Position numbers and translations under genes: made by a program
Notes under the pieces: model-generated
What the model saw: only the letters and a program-made list of their open reading frames with translations
Told to the model about the DNA's origin: nothing
The model's database searches: none
In this document: positions 58,398-64,000 of the stretch, piece by piece
How the letters are laid out: each line of letters opens with the position of its first letter
Position numbering within the stretch: position 1 is the first letter of the stretch
Assembly (NCBI GenBank): GCA_047600485.1
Contig: JASGKS010000001.1
Location: 6,720,259 to 6,784,258 of the forward strand
From: Archangium sp.
GTDB lineage: Bacteria; Myxococcota; Myxococcia; Myxococcales; Myxococcaceae
DNA: 64,000 nucleotides
Direction of reading: 5' to 3'

Positions 58398-58910
58398 TCA
58401 ACGACCCGCGGCGCGGAGCATCGCCGTCGCGCCGCGCACGCGGAAGGCGCTGGAGTCGAGGAACGTCAGCCGCGCGCCACCGAGCTCGAGACCGTCTCCG
58501 CTGCCGAGCAGAATCACCGAGCCGGGCTGCACCACGATGTCTCCCACGCGCGTGCTCGCGCCGTCGGCTGCGACGCTGAGGTGCCACAGCTCGCCCTTCT
58601 TCTCGAGCACCGCGTGCGTTCGCGAGACCGTGGCATCCGACACCACGATTTCGTTCTCCGCCGCGCGGCCAATCTGCAGGCGATCTCCACGGCGCAGCGG
58701 GAAGCAGAGAGGATCTCCGTTCACCGGGCGCGACTCCGCGTCGTGCCGCGTGTCGACCACGCTCTGATCAGCGCTCGCCTCGGGTGGCGTCCAACCGCTG
58801 AGTTCCCACACCAACCAGGAGCACGGGTAGCGCTTGTCGAACCCGCTCGCGTCGAACGCAAGCTGCCGCGACAAGAGGGACATTGGAAAGCCGACGATGG
58901 AATTCAGCAT
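58398..58910 (-). CDS. FHA domain protein
   Basis: LQIGRAAENEIVVSDATVSRTHAVLEKKGELWHL FHA core. Start at 58910, and the upstream part of the long ORF is artefact. Confidence 0.75.
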   Translation of the reverse strand: MLNSIVGFPMSLLSRQLAFDASGFDKRYPCSWLVWELSGWTPPEASADQSVVDTRHDAESRPVNGDPLCFPLRRGDRLQIGRAAENEIVVSDATVSRTHAVLEKKGELWHLSVAADGASTRVGDIVVQPGSVILLGSGDGLELGGARLTFLDSSAFRVRGATAMLRAAGR

Positions 58911-59015
58911 CTGTACTGAATTGAATAGCGGCGCGTTTCTGGCTCGCCGCTCCGTCTGCGCGAGTGAGATTTGACTCGCCACGCGACCGCTCCCGCTGAG
59001 TACAACCGCACCATC

Positions 59016-61034
59016 ATGCGACTGATGTACGTGCTGAGCGCTGTGCTGATCACAGCGTGCAAGATCAACGAGCCCGGGCTCACGCTGCTCGCCTCGGCCG
59101 AAGACGCCGCGCTCATCAACGACGGCGTCGCGTTCGTCGGGGACGAGCGCATTCACGTGAAGGTGGTCGGCAATCCCACCGCGGAGCTCGCGTCGCGCGC
59201 GGGCGTAGTCATCGCGCTCAGCACGTCGAGCGAGCTCTGCGATGAGTGCTACCGGCTCGAAGGCAGCGGCACGTTGCTCCACGCGAAGGGCGGCGGAGTG
59301 CTCGGGCGGCAGTACGCGCTGTGGAACGCGCTCGAAGCGCTCGGCTACCGCTTCCCGCACCCGCGCTTCACGAAGAAGCCGGCCGAGTTCGCGAGCGCTC
59401 CGGCCGACGCGTTGAACCGCACCTTCACGCCCGAGGTGAAGCGGCGGCGCGGGCTGCATCTGCACACGCTCCACCCCATCGAGACGCTCTACGACTTCTG
59501 GATTCCCGGCGAAGGCAACCTCGACGGAGCGAAGCGCACCATCGACTTCCTGGTGAAGAACCGCGGCAACTTCCTCGAGTGGTGCGCGCTCGACGACATC
59601 ATGAAGGCCGACACGCTCGCGAAGTGGAAGCCGCACACCAGGGCCATCGTCGACTTCGCGCACGCGCACGGAGTGAAGACCGGCATCGCGATTCAGCTCT
59701 TCGGCCAGAGCAACCTGCAGAACGCGTTCGACCTCATCGACGACACGAGCGGCGACCCGATTCCCGAGATGGAGCGACGGCTGCATCTGCTCCTCGACGA
59801 CAGCGGCGGGTTCGACCTCATCGCGCTCAGCTTCGGTGAGTTCTTCGGAGCGGAGCCGGCGCGTTTCGTGGCTGAAGTCGACAGCGCGTACGCAGCGATG
59901 CAGCGTGTGTCACCCGGAGTGGCCGTCAGCGCCGCGATTCACGTCGGCAACTTCGACAACCTGCGCGTCGACTACATGGGAACGCGGCAGCTCTATTACT
60001 TCCTCGTGCGCTACGCGAACCCGGCCATCGTGCCGTGGGTTCACACCACGATGTGGTTCAACCTCTACGAAGACGCGGGCCTCGCGTACCTGCACGACCA
60101 GTTCGACGAGCACCGCGCGTTCCTCGAGGCGCGACTGCGAGCGGGCCAGAGCGCGGGCTACTACCCGGAGTCGGCGTACTGGGTGGCCTTCGACATCAAC
60201 ATTCCGCTGTTCGCTCCGGTGTACGTGCGCTCGCGGCACCTCGACCTCACGCAGCTCGCGCTCGCCGGCGAGCTCGACGACCACATCTTGTTCAGCTCGG
60301 GGTGGGAATGGGGCTACTGGCTCACCGACGCGACGACGTTGCGCATGAGCTACACGAAGGGCGCCGCGTGGGACGACTCGGTGCGCGACGTGTACGCGGG
60401 CTGGGGTGCCGATGGCACGAAGGCCGCGTCGTTGATCAGCCGGCTCGGCGAAGCACAGCACCGCGCGCTGATTCTCGAGCGGCTCGCGGCGTACGCGGCG
60501 AGCAGAGATCAGATCATCGACACGGGTGATCAACTCGGCATCTTCAGTCAGCCCGACCGGCCGGAATTCAGCGAAGTGGTGGCGATGATGCCGACCACTC
60601 GCGAAGACTTCCGCACGCGCGTGGTCGCGAAGCTGAAGGTGCACGCCGACGAGCTCGCGGTGCTGGCCAGCGAAGCCGACTCACTGCCCGGCGACGACCC
60701 GGTGCTCGCCGAACTCAAAGATGGAATTCAAATCACCGCGACGCGCATGGCGTTCATTCACGCGCTGTTCGGCGCGACGGTGGCGAACGACACGGCGCTG
60801 CTCAACTCAGCCGACGCGTCACTCGCGCGCGCGAAAGAAATCGTTGCCCGGCGTCGCCGCGCGCTGTGGGACCCGGACCCGCTGTCCATCTTGCGCAACA
60901 ACGCGAACCCGACCTTCTACCAATACGGCTACCTGCGCGAAGGCGACACGCTCTGCTTCTGGGAACGTGAACGTGCGCAGGCGCGCAACGCGATGCTCGC
61001 CGAAGGCAACTTCGTCGCGGGCTGCGTGCTGTGA
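59016..61034 (+). CDS. Large lipoprotein, possible glycoside-hydrolase-like (DUF4838-like) fold
   Basis: MRLMYVLSAVLITAC lipobox. About 670 aa. The domain call is weak. Confidence 0.55.
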   Translation: MRLMYVLSAVLITACKINEPGLTLLASAEDAALINDGVAFVGDERIHVKVVGNPTAELASRAGVVIALSTSSELCDECYRLEGSGTLLHAKGGGVLGRQYALWNALEALGYRFPHPRFTKKPAEFASAPADALNRTFTPEVKRRRGLHLHTLHPIETLYDFWIPGEGNLDGAKRTIDFLVKNRGNFLEWCALDDIMKADTLAKWKPHTRAIVDFAHAHGVKTGIAIQLFGQSNLQNAFDLIDDTSGDPIPEMERRLHLLLDDSGGFDLIALSFGEFFGAEPARFVAEVDSAYAAMQRVSPGVAVSAAIHVGNFDNLRVDYMGTRQLYYFLVRYANPAIVPWVHTTMWFNLYEDAGLAYLHDQFDEHRAFLEARLRAGQSAGYYPESAYWVAFDINIPLFAPVYVRSRHLDLTQLALAGELDDHILFSSGWEWGYWLTDATTLRMSYTKGAAWDDSVRDVYAGWGADGTKAASLISRLGEAQHRALILERLAAYAASRDQIIDTGDQLGIFSQPDRPEFSEVVAMMPTTREDFRTRVVAKLKVHADELAVLASEADSLPGDDPVLAELKDGIQITATRMAFIHALFGATVANDTALLNSADASLARAKEIVARRRRALWDPDPLSILRNNANPTFYQYGYLREGDTLCFWERERAQARNAMLAEGNFVAGCVL

Positions 61035-61035
61035 C

Positions 61036-61383
61036 TCAGGGCTCGAGGAACTTGCCGTTGTCGCTCATGCACGAGCTCTGCACGTCGGCGCGCGTCTTCG
61101 GCGGGTAGAACCAGTCGTTCACCTTGCTGCCGTCGCCCTGCGTTCCGACTTCGCAGCCACCGACCGAGCCGGTGCGCGGACACTTGCCGTCCGACGACAC
61201 GCCCTGCGCGACGGAACAGGTGCCCTTGAACGCCGCGGCCGCGAGCGAGTCGACGCGCTCCTGGCAGCGATCTTCGGTGTGCATCGCTCCGGCATCGGCG
61301 CGGAAGTCACAAGCCGCCGAGCCCAGCGCACCGCAGCCCGAGAAGACGAAGCACACCAACGCAGAGATGAGGATTCGGGTCAT
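61036..61383 (-). CDS. Small Cys-rich lipoprotein (115 aa)
   Basis: MTRILISALVCFVFSGC lipobox. Eight Cys residues. Confidence 0.5.
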   Translation of the reverse strand: MTRILISALVCFVFSGCGALGSAACDFRADAGAMHTEDRCQERVDSLAAAAFKGTCSVAQGVSSDGKCPRTGSVGGCEVGTQGDGSKVNDWFYPPKTRADVQSSCMSDNGKFLEP

Positions 61384-61406
61384 GGACGCGAAGTATCGAC
61401 TACGAA

Positions 61407-61694
61407 GTGCGGGTGCGCACGATTCTGCTCGGTGTGGCGGTGTTGCTGCTCGACGTGTTCCCCGGTGGCTGTGGCTGTCGGCCTTCGACCACCGCCGGCC
61501 CGTGCAACACCACGTGCGACTGCAACGCGAGCATGAACGCGCCGCTTCGCTGCGTCGGTGAGTGGGCCTGCAACGCCCAGAAGACCTGCGAGTACTCGTG
61601 CTTCGACAGCTGCGGCACCGACGGCGGCTGCGCCAACGCGGGTGAGACCTGCGTCGACGGCGCGTTCTGCAAGACGACCCGCACCTGCCCTTGA
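61407..61694 (+). CDS. Small Cys-rich secreted protein (95 aa)
   Basis: Signal peptide MRVRTILLGVAVLLL. Fourteen Cys in 70 mature residues (CNTTCDCN..C..C). Confidence 0.5.
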   Translation: MRVRTILLGVAVLLLDVFPGGCGCRPSTTAGPCNTTCDCNASMNAPLRCVGEWACNAQKTCEYSCFDSCGTDGGCANAGETCVDGAFCKTTRTCP

Positions 61695-61747
61695 CGCATC
61701 GATTACCAACAGTCATCAACGAAGCATGAATTCGTAACCAGACCTGA

Positions 61748-62467
61748 TTGCTCCGCCGTGCGTTGATGCACGTCATGGAAGCGAACACGGTGTGGAAGCA
61801 GCGGTTCTCGAACTGGGCGTGCGGAGCGCTGACCGGCGCGGTCGGGCTGGTCACCGGCGGCGTGGTGATGGCGGTCTACCGGCTCATCAGCGCGCACACC
61901 TGGGGCACCTTCCCTTCGACGCCGCTCACGTTCGCCCTCACCTTCGTGGCGCTCGACGTCCTCTATTACTGGCAGCACCGCGCCGAACACCGCCTGCCCG
62001 CGCTGTGGGCGATTCACGCGGTGCACCACCAGTCGAACATCTGCGACACGTCGGTCTCGCTGCGCACCTCGATGTTCGCGCCGCTCAGCGTGCTCACCTT
62101 CCACCTCGTGCTCGCGGTCGTCGGAGTGCCGTTCAAGACGTACTTCCCCGCGTACCTGCTCCACACGGGGCTCATCTTTCTTCTGCACTCGCGCACGCCG
62201 CGAGCGCTCGACCGCGCGGGCTGGCTGCTCAACTCGCCGTTCCTGCACCGCGGCCACCACAGCAATCACCCGCGACTGCGCGGCAAGAACTTCGGCGGCG
62301 TGTTCATCGTGTGGGACCGGTTGTTCGGCACCTTCGAAGCGCAGTGCGAAGACGCGACGGAGTTCGGCATCGGTCAGGCCGGGACTCCGCTCAACCCACT
62401 GGTCGCGAACTTCGCGCCGCTCAGAGCGGCAGCCGCACGCTGGCTTCCCCGGCGAGCAGCGCGCTGA
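61748..62467 (+). CDS. Fatty-acid hydroxylase/sterol desaturase superfamily membrane protein
   Basis: Histidine boxes HRAEH, HAVHHQS, HRGHHSNH with TM helices. Confidence 0.7.
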   Translation: MLRRALMHVMEANTVWKQRFSNWACGALTGAVGLVTGGVVMAVYRLISAHTWGTFPSTPLTFALTFVALDVLYYWQHRAEHRLPALWAIHAVHHQSNICDTSVSLRTSMFAPLSVLTFHLVLAVVGVPFKTYFPAYLLHTGLIFLLHSRTPRALDRAGWLLNSPFLHRGHHSNHPRLRGKNFGGVFIVWDRLFGTFEAQCEDATEFGIGQAGTPLNPLVANFAPLRAAAARWLPRRAAR

Positions 62468-63524
62468 GAATCTGCGCGGGCGCTCCGGCCGAGAGGTCTC
62501 CGCCAATCTCGAGTGAGCGCTCGGTGAGCACCACCTGCGCGACTCCCGGCGTGAAGACGATGGGCGGCGCGTGCATCGAGAACGCGACCAGCTTGCGACC
62601 GAACCCGACACGCCCGCGCAGCGCGTTGGCGAATCGCTCGGCGCCCTGCTTGCTCTCCGGCAGGTGCAGCTCGACGCCGTCTTGCGTCTCGTCCCACACC
62701 AGGTCGAACAACGCGGCGTCGATGTCGCTGCCTTCGCTCGCGAACCGCTTCTCGACGGTGGCGCCGAAGCCCGCATCGTCGAGCAGACACCGGCGCGTCA
62801 GCGGAGAGAGCAGCAGCGGGTCGGCCTTGCGCAGCTCCTCGAGGAAGCCCTTCGCGCTCCACGTCTCTGCGCGGTCGAGCTCGCGCGAGTCGATGCACAC
62901 CAGACGTCGCACTTCGACGGCCCCGTGCGGCGTGTCGATGCGCGGCAGCACCGGGTCGATGGTGGCGAGCATTCCGACCAGTGAGCTGTCGGGCATCATC
63001 GCGTGGTGCGCCGGCTGAAACGGAATGCGCGTCATCGCCACGCCGCGAAACGGCACGCAGTCGTTGGGGCGAATGTCGCTCCCCTGCGTGAGCACGTAGC
63101 GCGCCTGGTGGCGCAGAAACGCGTCGGCCCACGGAGACAGCGGCGTTCCCTTCGGCACCGCGAAGCTGAACTCGTGCATCAGGCCTTCGCGAAACTTCTC
63201 GGGAGAGAGCGCGTGGCTGAAGCCGTACGTCATGAGCAACGTGTAGGAAGGAAGCTCGACCATGCCCACGCTCCAGATGGGCGGACCGCCGTGCTCGAAG
63301 CTCAAGAGGCGCGAGGGGTCCATGGCGTGCATCACGTTGCCGCCCAGTGACTGCAGCGCGTCGTCGAAGAGCGTCACCACGTCGTCGCGCACGGGCCGCG
63401 TGTCGCCGCCTTTGAGCGAGAACTCGGTGCGCACCGTCTGCGAACCGTCGGAGTTGTGCTGCACCGAGGTCTTCACGGCGTCACGCGGTGGATCGCTCTT
63501 GAACAACTTTCCGAGGAAGCCCAT
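62421..63524 (-). CDS. Hypothetical protein
   Basis: Start MGFLGKLFK at 63524, about 367 aa. No confident domain. Confidence 0.45.
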   Translation of the reverse strand: MGFLGKLFKSDPPRDAVKTSVQHNSDGSQTVRTEFSLKGGDTRPVRDDVVTLFDDALQSLGGNVMHAMDPSRLLSFEHGGPPIWSVGMVELPSYTLLMTYGFSHALSPEKFREGLMHEFSFAVPKGTPLSPWADAFLRHQARYVLTQGSDIRPNDCVPFRGVAMTRIPFQPAHHAMMPDSSLVGMLATIDPVLPRIDTPHGAVEVRRLVCIDSRELDRAETWSAKGFLEELRKADPLLLSPLTRRCLLDDAGFGATVEKRFASEGSDIDAALFDLVWDETQDGVELHLPESKQGAERFANALRGRVGFGRKLVAFSMHAPPIVFTPGVAQVVLTERSLEIGGDLSAGAPAQILSALLAGEASVRLPL

Positions 63525-63594
63525 GCGCGCCTGACACGCCAGTGGCCTGCGAAGTGCAATCCGCGAGGGCGCGCCGTGCGTACAGTTCGACGCC

Positions 63595-64000
63595 ATGACG
63601 CTGGTGCTGATCAGTCTGCTGCTGGCTGCTCCGACTGCGACTGAAGACATCGCGGTCGCGCGTCAGACCGCGAGCGCACAGAAGTTCGAATGGCTCGCGT
63701 ACGCGCCCGAGTCGTTCGCGCTCGCGAAGAAGCAGAAGAAGGTCGTGCTCATCGATTGCGCGGCGGAGTGGTGCCACTGGTGCCACGTGATGGACGAGAC
63801 GACCTACCGCGACCCCGAGGTCGGGGCGTGGCTCGCGGCGAACGCCATCACGATTCGCGTCGACATCGACGAGCGGCCCGACATCGCCGACCGCTACGGA
63901 GACTGGGGGTGGCCGGCCACGATTCTCTTGAGCCCCGACGCCGAAGAACTCGGCAAGTTCCGCGGCTACCTGCCGCCCGAGAAGCTGCTCGGCATTCTGA
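63595..64000 (+). CDS. Thioredoxin-like DUF255 family protein (3' partial)
   Basis: Signal-like N-terminus. DCAAEWCHWCHVMD thioredoxin-like CxxC. Runs off the window end. Confidence 0.65.
   Translation, partial: MTLVLISLLLAAPTATEDIAVARQTASAQKFEWLAYAPESFALAKKQKKVVLIDCAAEWCHWCHVMDETTYRDPEVGAWLAANAITIRVDIDERPDIADRYGDWGWPATILLSPDAEELGKFRGYLPPEKLLGIL

Overview
This is a 64 kb, roughly 70% GC, gene-dense chromosomal segment that looks myxobacterial (Myxococcota-like). The support is an MglA-family gliding-motility-type GTPase, a PEGA-containing Ser/Thr kinase, FHA, many lipoproteins and two sigma-54 activators. I found no rRNA, tRNA, CRISPR array or recognisable mobile element. About 60 protein-coding genes are supportable.

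The main blocks are:
- a clade II (Sec/lipoprotein-type) nitrous-oxide reductase cluster, nosZ-cytochrome c-nosD-nosF-nosL-nosY, followed in the same direction by fasciclin and secreted proteins;
- upstream of nosZ, a candidate sigma-54 promoter and a frameshifted sigma-54 activator, with a divergent NnrS-like/outer-membrane/thioredoxin-like/Met-rich-lipoprotein operon;
- an unusual module of an MglA-like Ras-family GTPase directly upstream of an orphan cytoplasmic histidine kinase, convergent with a sensor-less sigma-54 activator;
- a glycogen synthase cluster with an ATP-grasp enzyme and an MBL hydrolase;
- two LysR regulators in divergent gene pairs, a Kelch/WGR/DUF1963 multidomain protein, recF coupled to a giant lipoprotein gene, a Ser/Thr kinase with FHA, a PhoD, and several Cys-rich small secreted proteins.

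Many long ORFs antisense to real genes are GC-driven artefacts and were rejected. All functional calls rest on motif-level recognition from translated sequence. No database searches were run.
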